This document shows positions 46,994 to 57,021 of a stretch of DNA of 64,000 nucleotides, piece by piece. The translations under genes and the position numbers were made by a program. Within the stretch, counting starts at the first letter, position 1. Each line of letters starts with the position of its first letter. The notes under the pieces are model-generated. The model did not search any database and was not told the DNA's origin. It was given only the letters and a program-made list of their open reading frames with translations. Source of the stretch: an uncultured Lentisphaeraceae bacterium (lineage in GTDB: Bacteria > Verrucomicrobiota > Kiritimatiellia > RFP12 > UBA1067). The DNA lies in NCBI GenBank assembly GCA_964386385.1, contig CAYLRN010000007.1, positions 54,374 to 118,373 of the forward strand, given 5' to 3'.

Positions 46994-48190
46994 ATGGACA
47001 CGATCACATTGGCATTCGACCGCGACTATCCGACGCGGCGTCGCCATCCGTGGGTGTTCTCCGGCGCTGTCTATCTTCGCGAGGGATGCCCGGTGCGTGG
47101 GGGGACGGTGCGGGTCTGCAACGCGAAGGGCGAGACGCTGGGATACGGCAGCTATTCCTCCAGAAGCCAGATTCGCGTAAGGATGCTTTCCTTCAACGCG
47201 GCGAAATGCCCTGACGACGAATTTGTCGCGGGACTCGTCTCCGCCGCCGTCGCGCGCCGGGCCGCCTTCCGCGCCACTGGGACGACGAACGCGATGCGGC
47301 TCGTCAACGCGGAGAGCGACGGACTCCCCGGCGTCGTCGCCGACGAATACGACGGCTGGGTCGTCGTCCAGCTGGCGAGCGCGGGCGCGGAGTTCTGGAA
47401 GAAGGCGATCGTCTCCGCCCTCATGGACTCCGTGCCCGGCTGCAAGGGCGTCTACAACCGCAGCGACGTCGCGTCGCGGAGGCACGAGGGGCTTAAGGAG
47501 GAGACGGGACTTCTCGCCGGCGACGAGCCGCCCGAGCTCATTGAAGTGCACGAGGGCGCCATCCGATATCTCGTGGACGTCAGGCATGGACACAAGACCG
47601 GCTTCTACCTCGACCAGCGCGAAGCCCGCGCGCAGGTCGCCGCCTACGCCGCCGGCGCGGACGTCCTCAACTGCTTCTCCTACACCGGCGGGTTCGGGCT
47701 TTCCGCGCTCGCCGGCGGCGCCGCGCATGTCACGCACCTCGACGTCTCCGCTTCGGCGCTTGAACTTGCGCGGCGCAACACGGAACTCTGCGGCGAACGT
47801 TTCATGGGACGCAGCGAGTTCGTGGAGGCCGACGTCTTCAAGCAGCTCCGCCTCTATCGCGACATGAGGCGCAGTTTCGACCTTATCGTGCTCGATCCGC
47901 CGAAGTTCGCGGACACGAAGAAGGGTCTGATGCGCGCCGCGCGCGGCTACAAGGACATCAACCTCCTGGCGATGAAGCTCCTGCGCCCAGGCGGCGTCCT
48001 CGCCACGTTCTCCTGCTCCGGCGCGGTGACGCCCGAGCTCTTCGGCAAGATCTGCGCCGAGGCCGCTTTCGACGCCCGACGCGACTTCCAGGTCATTGCG
48101 CAGACGCGCCAGGCCGCCGACCACCCCGTCTCGCTTTCCTTCCCCGAAGGCCTCTACCTGAAGGGGCTTCTCCTCCGCTCGTCGTCGTGA
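46994..48190 (+). CDS. rlmI: SAM-dependent 23S rRNA m5C methyltransferase (RlmI-like)
   Basis: N-terminal …RRHPWVFSGAV… (PUA-like) and a Rossmann SAM-binding core (…NCFSYTGGFG…VLDPPKF…). Start placed at MDTITLA by analogy with RlmI. Confidence 0.7.
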   Translation: MDTITLAFDRDYPTRRRHPWVFSGAVYLREGCPVRGGTVRVCNAKGETLGYGSYSSRSQIRVRMLSFNAAKCPDDEFVAGLVSAAVARRAAFRATGTTNAMRLVNAESDGLPGVVADEYDGWVVVQLASAGAEFWKKAIVSALMDSVPGCKGVYNRSDVASRRHEGLKEETGLLAGDEPPELIEVHEGAIRYLVDVRHGHKTGFYLDQREARAQVAAYAAGADVLNCFSYTGGFGLSALAGGAAHVTHLDVSASALELARRNTELCGERFMGRSEFVEADVFKQLRLYRDMRRSFDLIVLDPPKFADTKKGLMRAARGYKDINLLAMKLLRPGGVLATFSCSGAVTPELFGKICAEAAFDARRDFQVIAQTRQAADHPVSLSFPEGLYLKGLLLRSSS

Positions 48191-48230
48191 CGGCGGCTAT
48201 GTCCGTCAACTTGCAACTTGGAGAGACCTG

Positions 48231-48872
48231 ATGTTCGAGCCACAGCCATTTGAACGGTCAAAGCACGTCTACCAATGCGACGCTTTCAGCGAACTGCTGA
48301 AGGATGCTGTTCGTTTTTTCCACGGAACGCCGGTCTGCGCATTTCCGCCCGGGGAAAGGTTCGTTGGCGCGGGCGTCTATGCGCTGTACTACATTGGCAA
48401 AACGGGCTTGTATGGAAAGTTTGGGCAGGAAATAAATCGAGAGGAGTATCGTCTGCCCATCTATGTCGGCAAGGCCGAACCGTCTGGCTGGCGGCAGAGC
48501 AGAGTCGCGGTCTCGGAGAAGTCCGGCGGCAAGTTGTTTGAGCGCCTGTCCCAGCACGCGCGGAACGTGAACTGCGCAAGGAATCTTGACTTGGGCGATT
48601 TCGTGTGCCGGCTGATGATTCTTGAGGGCGCTGTCGCGGCCATGATCGCCTCCATAGAGGCGGCGTTGATCGCCATGCATCGTCCGCTATGGAACAGCGT
48701 GATAGACGGCTTCGGCAATCACAATCCCGGCAGGGAGAGGCTTACCGGCAAGATCACGCAGTGGGACGCCTTGCATCCGGGGCGGCCGTGGGTGAAGGAG
48801 ATGTCGGGCGAGGCGCCCGATCCGAAAACGCTGAACAGGCGTGTAAAAGACTATTTGGCCGGAATGCGATGA
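48231..48872 (+). CDS. Eco29kI-family GIY-YIG type II restriction endonuclease
   Basis: 213 aa (R.Eco29kI is 214 aa). GIY-YIG core GVYALYYIGKTGLYGKF…PIYVGKA. Overlaps the downstream MTase by ATGA, as in the Eco29kI system. Low GC (about 52%). Confidence 0.65.
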   Translation: MFEPQPFERSKHVYQCDAFSELLKDAVRFFHGTPVCAFPPGERFVGAGVYALYYIGKTGLYGKFGQEINREEYRLPIYVGKAEPSGWRQSRVAVSEKSGGKLFERLSQHARNVNCARNLDLGDFVCRLMILEGAVAAMIASIEAALIAMHRPLWNSVIDGFGNHNPGRERLTGKITQWDALHPGRPWVKEMSGEAPDPKTLNRRVKDYLAGMR

Positions 48873-49879
48873 GAAGCCTTGAACTGTTCAGCGGTTGCGG
48901 CGGACTGGCGAAAGGCCTTGAGCAGGCGGGTTTTGAGCATTGCGCCTTCGTTGAGTTCAACAGATGGGCGTGCGAGAGCCTGCGCGCGAACTTCGATCCG
49001 TCACTTGTCCATGAAGTCGATGTTCGGGCGTTCGACTTCAAGACCGTGGGAAATGTCGATTTGATTGCGGGAGGGCCGCCTTGTCAGCCATTTTCCCTGG
49101 GCGGACTGTCACGCGCCCACGAGGATGAGCGGGACATGTTTCCGCAGGCCATCAGAGCCGTTAACGAGCTTGCGCCAAAGGGCTTTGTCTTCGAGAACGT
49201 CAAGGGGCTGCTTCGAAAGAGCTTCTCCGATTATTTCGAGTACGTTGTCCTGCGTCTGACGTATCCGCGACAGGCGTCCTCCGCCGGCATGGTCTGGAAG
49301 GAGCATCTGTCCGAATTGCGCAAAATCGATTTCGCGGCGTATGGCGGATTGAAGTACGACATGCAGTATCGGCTGCTCAACGCAGTCGACTATGGGGTGC
49401 CCCAGCGCAGGGAGCGCGTGTTCATCGTCGGAATTCGACAGGACCTTGGACTGAAGTGGGAGTGGCCTGCCAAGGAGTCGAGAATGGCGACGATCGCGGA
49501 CGCCATAGGAAGACTGCCCGATCCGCGGAGCGACCACGGCCTTGACGACCATGTTTTCGTCGATGGCGCTCGCGAATATCCAGGGCATACCGGCAGCGAC
49601 TACAACAAGCCCAGCAAGACGATAAAGGCAGGCGCCCATGGTGTTCCCGGAGGGGAGAACATGATTCGGTTTCCCAATGGACTGCTGCGCTACATGACCG
49701 TCCACGAGGCAAAGGTCATCCAGTCGTTTCCCGACGACTATCGCATTTGCGGTTCGTGGGGCGAGGCATTGCGGCAGATCGGGAATGCCGTCCCCGTCCG
49801 CCTTGCGCGGCTGGTCGGGGAGCGGATGATGCAGACGCTTGGCGGTTTCTCCCACGCCCCCCGCTGCGCGTTTCCGTAA
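48869..49879 (+). CDS. DNA (cytosine-5)-methyltransferase
   Basis: Motif I LFSGCGG, motif IV GGPPCQPFS, motif VI ENV, motif VIII QRRERVFIVG, motif X GNAVPV. Confidence 0.85.
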   Translation: MRSLELFSGCGGLAKGLEQAGFEHCAFVEFNRWACESLRANFDPSLVHEVDVRAFDFKTVGNVDLIAGGPPCQPFSLGGLSRAHEDERDMFPQAIRAVNELAPKGFVFENVKGLLRKSFSDYFEYVVLRLTYPRQASSAGMVWKEHLSELRKIDFAAYGGLKYDMQYRLLNAVDYGVPQRRERVFIVGIRQDLGLKWEWPAKESRMATIADAIGRLPDPRSDHGLDDHVFVDGAREYPGHTGSDYNKPSKTIKAGAHGVPGGENMIRFPNGLLRYMTVHEAKVIQSFPDDYRICGSWGEALRQIGNAVPVRLARLVGERMMQTLGGFSHAPRCAFP

Positions 49880-49935
49880 AACCCCTTTGAAGTCTCTTGC
49901 ATTCCATCGGGGGCATGTGCTTTAATATTGGCCTC

Positions 49936-51117
49936 ATGACGCAAGTAGAAGAGAAGAAGAGATTCAAGGCCGCAGAGGAGCTGCTGGCGAAGTCGAAGCG
50001 CATCCTGATTTCCGGACACCTCAGCCCGGACGGCGATTCGCTCGGATGCATGATCGCGATGTCGCGGATGCTCCGCGCCGCAGGGCACGAGGCGTTCGCC
50101 GCGGCGGACCGCCACACCCTCGGCAAGCTGGGCTTCCTGGAGGGCGTGGACGACCTTCTGCCGCTTCGCTCCCTGCGGCGGAAGAAGTTCGACCTGTTCA
50201 TATACGTCGACGCCGCGGCGCCGAACCGCCTCCCGCCGGAAGTGCGCCCGTTCGCGGAAAAACTGCCGACGATCACGTTCGACCACCACGCGACGAGCGT
50301 GGAGGCCGGGAACGTGTCGGTCATCCAGCCGGGCGTGTCGTCCGCCGCCGAGGTCGTCTGGCGCTTCGCGAAGTGGATGGAATGGCCTCTCGACCGCGCG
50401 ATCGCCGAGGCCCTCTGGGTGGCGATGGTTACGGACACCGGGCGCTTCGCCTACGAGTCCACGACCCCCGCCACTCTCCGCGCCGCGTGCGACCTTCTCA
50501 AGCACGGCGTCCGCACGGCGTGGATAAACGACGTCATCTACTGCTCCTTCCCGTGCAAGGCGATGGAGCTCAAGCGGCGCGCGTGGCGCTCGCTCCACAT
50601 CTGGAAGAACCGGAAGGTGGCCGAGGTCACGCTCTCCCGCGACGACTTCCGCGAAGTGCGCGGCACGAAGGCGGAGGCGGAGGACGTGATAGAGATTCCC
50701 CGTCAGGTGGCCCGCAACGGAATCGCGCTCTTCTTCTACCAGATCCCCGACCGGACGAAGGAGACGCGCGTCTCGATCAGGACGCGCCCGCCGTGGGACG
50801 CGACCGCCCTTGCCGCGCAGTTCGGCGGCGGCGGACACGTCCGCGCCGCGGGCTGCACCATCACCGGCAGCATCGGCGTCGCCAAGCGGCAGATGCGCAA
50901 GGCCGTGCGCGACATGCTTTCCAACAAGAAGAAGCCTGCAGACGCGGCGGCGCAGCCCGCCCCCGCGCCGGCTACGCACAGACCACCGCAGGACGCCGAC
51001 GCCGCAAAGGCCAAAAGGGACGACGCAAGGCCTGCGAAGGACGACGCCAGACCGAAGGAAGCCGCAAAGCCTGCGAAGGAGTCGCCAAAGGACGCTCCAA
51101 AGGATTCGGTAAAATGA
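49936..51117 (+). CDS. nrnA: DHH-family phosphoesterase (NrnA-like oligoribonuclease/pAp phosphatase) with a Lys/Ala/Pro-rich C-terminal tail
   Basis: KRILISGHLSPDGDSLGC DHH motif. DHHA1-like C-terminal region (GGGGHVRAAG). Confidence 0.75.
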   Translation: MTQVEEKKRFKAAEELLAKSKRILISGHLSPDGDSLGCMIAMSRMLRAAGHEAFAAADRHTLGKLGFLEGVDDLLPLRSLRRKKFDLFIYVDAAAPNRLPPEVRPFAEKLPTITFDHHATSVEAGNVSVIQPGVSSAAEVVWRFAKWMEWPLDRAIAEALWVAMVTDTGRFAYESTTPATLRAACDLLKHGVRTAWINDVIYCSFPCKAMELKRRAWRSLHIWKNRKVAEVTLSRDDFREVRGTKAEAEDVIEIPRQVARNGIALFFYQIPDRTKETRVSIRTRPPWDATALAAQFGGGGHVRAAGCTITGSIGVAKRQMRKAVRDMLSNKKKPADAAAQPAPAPATHRPPQDADAAKAKRDDARPAKDDARPKEAAKPAKESPKDAPKDSVK

Positions 51118-52058
51118 AGAAGGTCCTCATCCTCACGGACGGCAAGGCCGGACACGAGAACCAGTCGCGCGCGTTCGCCCGCGCCCTCGGCCGCGACTTC
51201 GACGTCCTCCCGGTCGCGTTCAAGTCCCTCCTCGCGAAGATGGCGTCGTACACTCTGGACCGCATCGGCGTCCGGACGCTCTCGCTCTTCAAGGCCATCC
51301 CCCGCGACGCGCTCGGCGGCGGATATTCCGCCGTGATCGGCACGGGGTCCGGCACGTTCTACGCCGCCAAGACGATTGCGAAGAGGCTTGGCGTCAGGTG
51401 CGGCGTCGTCCTCTACCCCCGCGGCTACGACCTCGCGTCGTTCGACTGCATCCTCGCGCCGGAGTTCGACCGCCCCGCCGCAATGCCGAACGTCGTGCCG
51501 ATTCCCGCGAACCTCGTCGCCGCCGACGCGGCGTTCTACGAAAACGGCGTGAAGGAGTTCCTGAAGCGCCATCCCTCAGACGGCGGCGGCCGCGCCGTGG
51601 CGGTGATCGTGGGCGGACCGAACAAGTGCTCCACGATGTCCGCCGACTGGATGAAGGCGCAGCTGGACGAAATCTTCGGCATCGACGCTGGCGCGGAGTT
51701 CTGGGTCACGACGTCGCGCCGCACACCCGCCGACGTCGAGTCCGTCGTCGATTCATATCCATTCGACTACAAGCTGATCTACTCCCGCGACAGGTTCAAT
51801 CCCATCCCCGCGTTCGTCTCGCTCGCCCGGACGCTCTACGTCACGGGCGAATCCACCGGCATGATCTCCGAGGCCTGCACGTTCGGCAGGGCGGAGGTGC
51901 GCGTGCTGGACAACCTTCTCCCCGGCGAGCACAAGTTCCGCCGGTTCGTGGAGGACATGGAGGCGAACGGCTACGTGAACGGCGCGAGGAAGATCGACCT
52001 CTCGCGCCGGTTCGCCGACGCCGCCCGCCTCCTGGACCTCACTTCGCCGGCGGCCTGA
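51114..52058 (+). CDS. ELM1/DUF1022-family (glycosyltransferase-like) protein
   Basis: MKKVLILTDGKAGHENQSRAFA N-terminus and length match the ELM1 family. ATGA overlap with nrnA. Confidence 0.55.
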   Translation: MKKVLILTDGKAGHENQSRAFARALGRDFDVLPVAFKSLLAKMASYTLDRIGVRTLSLFKAIPRDALGGGYSAVIGTGSGTFYAAKTIAKRLGVRCGVVLYPRGYDLASFDCILAPEFDRPAAMPNVVPIPANLVAADAAFYENGVKEFLKRHPSDGGGRAVAVIVGGPNKCSTMSADWMKAQLDEIFGIDAGAEFWVTTSRRTPADVESVVDSYPFDYKLIYSRDRFNPIPAFVSLARTLYVTGESTGMISEACTFGRAEVRVLDNLLPGEHKFRRFVEDMEANGYVNGARKIDLSRRFADAARLLDLTSPAA

Positions 52059-54858
52059 CCGTCCGCATCACGACCGGGCCGAGGAGGCCGGACGGCAGCG
52101 GCGCGTCCTCCTTCGTCCAGTGCTTCCATGTGGCGAACGTGAATCTGCCGCTTGGGCTGGGCCTGCCGTCGAGGATGAACTGCGGCCAGCCGTTGAGATG
52201 GCGCTCCATGATCGGTTTGCCGGGCTCGAACGTGCTGTCCTCCGGCTTGAAGTCGTCGCCGATCATCCTGTTCGGCCAGAGGTTCGTCACGCGCACTTCA
52301 AGCGAGTTCTCCCCGTCGCGAAGGGCGTCCGTGACGTCGACGCGGAAGGGCGGCTTCCAGAGCGTTTTGAACTGCCGGCCGTTGACGGAGACGTCTGCGA
52401 AGTCCTTCACCTCGCCGAGGTCGAGAATCGCGCGACAGCCGGGCTGCGGCTTCTTCAGGTCGGCCTTCTTCACGTAGCGCGCCGTGCCGGAGAAGTACTT
52501 CATGTCGGGGTCAGAGAGCGCCGTCCAGTCGACGGGCGGAGTGGAGATCTCCCTGACGGTCTTTCCGCCGACGTACCAGTCCACCGGGAACGAGAGCTTC
52601 CATTCGCCCTGGACGGGCGCTGCGGCGACCTGTTCGCCGGGGAGGTCGAGAAGGGCGGCGTCGCCGGAGACGGCCGGCGCGGGCGGCAGGGCGGCGGGCG
52701 GCGTTCCCGTCTCCGCGCAGCGGAAGACTACGAACCAGGAGCCGCACGGGCCGAAGGTTATCCTCGCCGTAGTCGTGCCGTCCTTCACGGCGTATTCGCG
52801 GACGGGGAGGATTTCGCCGGTTTCGGGATTCCACAGTTCGGGGCGGCGTCCTGCCGCACGGAACGCGACGTCGAGGCGGCGCGGCGCCTGGTCTGGCGAG
52901 GCGACGAAATACCAGTCCGCGCTTCCGTCGCGGCGGTGGATCCAGTTGACCTTCGCCTTCGGGTCGTTCCACGCGACGTCGGGGGTGCGGACGGAAAAGG
53001 CGGCGCGCGCGTCCTCGAACGCGACGACGTTCGCCCCGTCGGCGCGGAGGCGGGCGACGTGCTTCGCCCCGTCGGCGGGGAGATCGAAGAACTTCTCCGG
53101 GAGGATCAGCGTGGAGTAGCGCTGGCCGGAGGGCAGGACGAGGCGTCCGTCCTCGACCTTCATGTCCGCGAGCGACGTGTCGGAGATGAAGTCGTACGTG
53201 AAGCCCTGCGGGACGGGTGTTGGCATGGAGTGGGGATTCGCGCCCCAGTTTATGTAGAGGTAGCCGGCAGGGCAGTACCAGGCGGCGTCGCAGACGAACG
53301 AGCCGATCTGGAGCATGTGCTGGCAGCGGCGCTGGTATTCAAGCCACGGCCTCGCCTGGTTCCACCAGGTCTGCGTCCGGTCGAAGTGGACGCCGAATGG
53401 CCCCATCGTCATTCCGGGGAGGCGCGGCGGATTCGTCCAGGGCTGGTGCGCGAAGCGGTGGTAGATGATGCGGTTGAGGCCTTCGGAGTAGACCCAGTCG
53501 CATTTCGCCTTCATGCTCCACGGCGTGTTCTGCCAGCGTCCTTCGCGCGCGTTCGTCGTGAAGGATTCGGCGGCGACGATGCGGCGGCCCTTCGCGTGGG
53601 CGATGGATGCGGCCTGGCGGACCCAGTGGGGGCTGTCCAGCTTCGCCCAGAACTCGGCGGTGGGGATGTCGGCGTGCTCGCCGTAGAGGAGGTCGTCGGA
53701 CGGGATCTCGCCGTACGGCTCTATCGCCAGCTGAAGCCCGTCCTCGTGCGCGAGGCGGCGCATTTCGCCGGCGTAGTTCTCCGCAAACATCTTCGTGACG
53801 ACGAGGCGGAAGTCGCGGTAGAAGCGTTCGGTGGCCTCGACGGAATCGACGACGCGCCCGGCGAGGGCGGGCAGCCATGGGACGATGTCGTAGCCGGTGC
53901 GGACGTGGAATTCGCGCTCGAAGCCGTGGGTCCAGTTCTGCGTCCCCACTTCGTAGCTGTCGTTGAGCACGGTTTTAAGCGAGCCCTTCGGGCCGGCGAG
54001 CTCGGGGCCGAGCGCCTTGACGGTCTTGCGCACGTATCCGTTCCAGTGCGCGCGCAGGGCCTCCTTCGAGAGCTTGTCGCACTCAAGGCCCTTGCCCATG
54101 CGGGTGCCGGTGCCGTTCATGCGGCGCAGGGCGCGGTAGCCGACGCGCAGTACGGTCCAGCGGCCCTCCGGCGCGTCCCACGCGAGAGTGCCGTCGCGGG
54201 ACATTCGCGCGGTGAGGTCCTCCACCGCCGCTCTTGCGACGATCGCGCCCTCGGGCGCCTTGCGTCCGTCGCGCGCGTCGTAGCGGCGGCCGGGGTTCGA
54301 GAAGCACTTGAACTGCCAGTCCCTGACCTCGAACTTTTCGGAGGGCGTCGGGAATGCGACGACGGCGACGTCGGAGTAGAACCCGACGTCGTCCGCCGGC
54401 CGCGGAAGGGCGGCCTTCACCGCCTTGCCGCCCTCGATCGCGGTCTCCGTCCAGCACACCGTCTTCATCGCGTTCGCGGGCGTGTTCCACGGCCCGCCGG
54501 AATTCGCCCAGCCGCTGCAGTTGGCCATGCCAAGCTCGAGGCCGAGGCGCTTCGCCTCCGCCGCGGCGAACTTCACCATGGCGTACCATTCGGGCGTGTT
54601 GAACGCGAGCGGACCCTCCGGGACGCCCCATCGCGTTCCAAGGCCCGCGTCGAACATTATCGCGCCGCCGATCCCGGCGTCGGCCATCGCCTCCAGGTCG
54701 GCGGTTATGCCGGACTTCGTGACGTTGCCGGCCATCCAGTGCCACCAGACGTGCGGCTTCGCCTCCGGCGGCGGATTGGCGAATTCGGCTGCCATGTCGC
54801 CCGCGGCGCGCGCCGCGCAGGCGAAAAAGGAAAGTAGAAGAAACGCTGCTGATTTCAT
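52039..54858 (-). CDS. secreted glycoside hydrolase, GH106 (alpha-L-rhamnosidase)-like
   Basis: Signal peptide, then the …PPPEAKPHVWWHWMAGNVTKSGITADLEAMADAGIGG… signature of this family. Its 3' end overlaps the convergent gene 51114-52058 by 20 bp. Confidence 0.6.
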   Translation of the reverse strand: MKSAAFLLLSFFACAARAAGDMAAEFANPPPEAKPHVWWHWMAGNVTKSGITADLEAMADAGIGGAIMFDAGLGTRWGVPEGPLAFNTPEWYAMVKFAAAEAKRLGLELGMANCSGWANSGGPWNTPANAMKTVCWTETAIEGGKAVKAALPRPADDVGFYSDVAVVAFPTPSEKFEVRDWQFKCFSNPGRRYDARDGRKAPEGAIVARAAVEDLTARMSRDGTLAWDAPEGRWTVLRVGYRALRRMNGTGTRMGKGLECDKLSKEALRAHWNGYVRKTVKALGPELAGPKGSLKTVLNDSYEVGTQNWTHGFEREFHVRTGYDIVPWLPALAGRVVDSVEATERFYRDFRLVVTKMFAENYAGEMRRLAHEDGLQLAIEPYGEIPSDDLLYGEHADIPTAEFWAKLDSPHWVRQAASIAHAKGRRIVAAESFTTNAREGRWQNTPWSMKAKCDWVYSEGLNRIIYHRFAHQPWTNPPRLPGMTMGPFGVHFDRTQTWWNQARPWLEYQRRCQHMLQIGSFVCDAAWYCPAGYLYINWGANPHSMPTPVPQGFTYDFISDTSLADMKVEDGRLVLPSGQRYSTLILPEKFFDLPADGAKHVARLRADGANVVAFEDARAAFSVRTPDVAWNDPKAKVNWIHRRDGSADWYFVASPDQAPRRLDVAFRAAGRRPELWNPETGEILPVREYAVKDGTTTARITFGPCGSWFVVFRCAETGTPPAALPPAPAVSGDAALLDLPGEQVAAAPVQGEWKLSFPVDWYVGGKTVREISTPPVDWTALSDPDMKYFSGTARYVKKADLKKPQPGCRAILDLGEVKDFADVSVNGRQFKTLWKPPFRVDVTDALRDGENSLEVRVTNLWPNRMIGDDFKPEDSTFEPGKPIMERHLNGWPQFILDGRPSPSGRFTFATWKHWTKEDAPLPSGLLGPVVMRTVRPPAK

Positions 54859-54999
54859 GCGTGGAAGTATAGCACGTTCTGCGAAGTGGCAGTTGATGAA
54901 AGAACGCCTCTTTGATAGAATATCCGAAAAATCCATGCTTTCCTATGGCTGTGGGATCCGCCCCGGCCATGCAGGACGGCAGGCCACAAGAGACAGCGT

Positions 55000-55230
55000 A
55001 TGGCGAAGAAAGAAGAAGACAGTGCGATTGAAGTGACGGGGACGGTCGTGAAGGTCCTCCCCGCGACCATGTACAACGTCCGCCTTGAGAACGGACACGA
55101 AGTGCTGGCCCACGTTTCGGGCAAGATGCGCAAGTTCTCCATCAAGATCGCGATCGGGGACAAGGTGACGGTGGAGATTTCCCCGTACGACCTGAGCAAG
55201 GGGCGCATCACCTACCGCCACAAGGTCTGA
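55000..55230 (+). CDS. infA: translation initiation factor IF-1
   Basis: 76 aa, S1-like, …[27 protein letters not shown]…. Confidence 0.9.
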   Translation: MAKKEEDSAIEVTGTVVKVLPATMYNVRLENGHEVLAHVSGKMRKFSIKIAIGDKVTVEISPYDLSKGRITYRHKV

Positions 55231-55234
55231 CGCC

Positions 55235-56995
55235 TTGGCGCGCCACCTCCTATCGCTGCACGGCGTCTCCCTCGCGTTCGGGGGCGACGCCGTCCTTGAC
55301 GGCGTTTCGCTCAACGTGGAAAGCGGAATGCGCGCCTGCGTGACGGGCCGCAACGGGGAGGGCAAGTCCACGCTTCTGAAGGTCATCGCCGGGCGGATCG
55401 AGCCGGACGCGGGCGAAATCGTCCGCGCCCCCGGCCTCAAGGTCGCCTTCCTCGAACAGGAGGTCCCCGGCGACAGGCCCGGCACGACGCTCGACGTCGC
55501 CCGCTCCGAGCGGTACGTCTCCCAGCTCGGCCTCGACCCCGCCAAGCCGTTCAACGCCCTTTCTGGCGGCCTTCGCCGTCGCGCGCTGCTTGCGCGGGCC
55601 CTTGCGGACGAGCCGGACCTGGTGCTTCTGGACGAGCCGACGAACCACCTCGACGTCGCGTCCATAGAATGGCTCGAATCCTTCATCCGCCGCCAGCGCG
55701 ACGTCGCCTTCCTCTTCGTCACGCACGACCGCGCCTTCCTCCGGGAAGTCGCCACGTACGTCTACGACCTGGATAGGGGCCGTCTCGCCGGCTGGAACTG
55801 CGATTTCGGCGAATTCCTCCGCCGCAAGGCGGAACTTGAGGCGGACGAGGCCGCCGCATGGGAGCGCAAGGCCAAGAAACTCGCGCAGGAGGAGGCGTGG
55901 ATACGCCAGGGCGTCAAGGCCCGGCGCCGGCGCAACCAGGGGCGCGTGGAGGCCCTTCGCCAGCTTCGCCTGGAGTTCGCCGGGCGACGGACCGCCGCCG
56001 GCACGGCTACGCTGAAGCTGGATACTGCCGCCGCCTCCGGCGACCGCGTAATCAAGGTCGAGAACCTCTCCTTTTCCTACGGCGACGCGAAAATCGTCGA
56101 CCGCTTCACCGCCGACGTCCTGCGCGGCGAGCGCATCGGCGTCGTTGGCGACAACGGCGCCGGCAAGACCACCCTCCTCAAGCTGCTCACCGGAGCCCTC
56201 TCCCCCTCATCCGGCTCCGTCAAGGCCGGCACGAACGTGGAGATGGCCTTCTTCGACCAGCTCCACGCGCAGCTCGCCCCCGAGATCTCCGTTAAGGACT
56301 CGATCGCCGCAGACCGCGACTGCGTCGTCGTCGGCGGCGTATCCAGGCACGTGTACGCCTACCTCGCCGACTTCCTCTTCACCCCGGAGCGGTGTCGCAC
56401 TCCCGTGAAGGCGCTCTCCGGCGGGGAGAAGGCGCGCCTTCTCCTGGCGCGGCTCTTCCTGCGTCCGTCCAACCTCCTCGTCATGGACGAGCCGACGAAC
56501 GACCTGGACGTGGAGACCCTTGAACTTCTGGAGGAGCAGCTTCTGGACTACAAGGGCACGCTGCTCGTCGTCTCGCACGACCGCGAGTTCCTCGACAACG
56601 TCGTCACCTCCACGTACGTACTCGCCGGCGACGGCGAGGTGCGCGTCTGCGCCGGCGGATACGCCGAGGCGGCGCGCCTCCTCCGGCGCGTCCGCCAGGA
56701 GAGGAAGGACGCCGATGCCCGCGAGGCGGCGGCGAACGCCCCCGCGCGCAGGGCGGAGCCAGAGCCGCGCCGCCGCCGGCTCACGTACAAGGAGAAGATG
56801 GAGCTCGAAGCCCTGCCGAAGCGGATCGAGTCCCTTGAGGCGGAGATTGCCGCGATAGAGGAAGAACTTGCGGACCCGGACCTCTACCGCCGGGACCGCG
56901 AGCGCGCCGCCGCGCGGACGTCCCGCCTCTCGCAGGCGCGCGACGAGCTCGACGCGGCGGAGACGACATGGCTTGAACTGTCTGAACTGGCATGA
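55235..56995 (+). CDS. ABC-F family ATPase (two ABC domains, no TM region; Uup/EttA-like)
   Basis: Two Walker A motifs (GRNGEGKST and GDNGAGKTT), two LSGG signatures, and an inter-domain linker. TTG start 4 nt after infA. Confidence 0.85.
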   Translation: MARHLLSLHGVSLAFGGDAVLDGVSLNVESGMRACVTGRNGEGKSTLLKVIAGRIEPDAGEIVRAPGLKVAFLEQEVPGDRPGTTLDVARSERYVSQLGLDPAKPFNALSGGLRRRALLARALADEPDLVLLDEPTNHLDVASIEWLESFIRRQRDVAFLFVTHDRAFLREVATYVYDLDRGRLAGWNCDFGEFLRRKAELEADEAAAWERKAKKLAQEEAWIRQGVKARRRRNQGRVEALRQLRLEFAGRRTAAGTATLKLDTAAASGDRVIKVENLSFSYGDAKIVDRFTADVLRGERIGVVGDNGAGKTTLLKLLTGALSPSSGSVKAGTNVEMAFFDQLHAQLAPEISVKDSIAADRDCVVVGGVSRHVYAYLADFLFTPERCRTPVKALSGGEKARLLLARLFLRPSNLLVMDEPTNDLDVETLELLEEQLLDYKGTLLVVSHDREFLDNVVTSTYVLAGDGEVRVCAGGYAEAARLLRRVRQERKDADAREAAANAPARRAEPEPRRRRLTYKEKMELEALPKRIESLEAEIAAIEEELADPDLYRRDRERAAARTSRLSQARDELDAAETTWLELSELA

Positions 56996-57021
56996 CGGCG
57001 ACTTCATCGGAGGCAAGTGCA

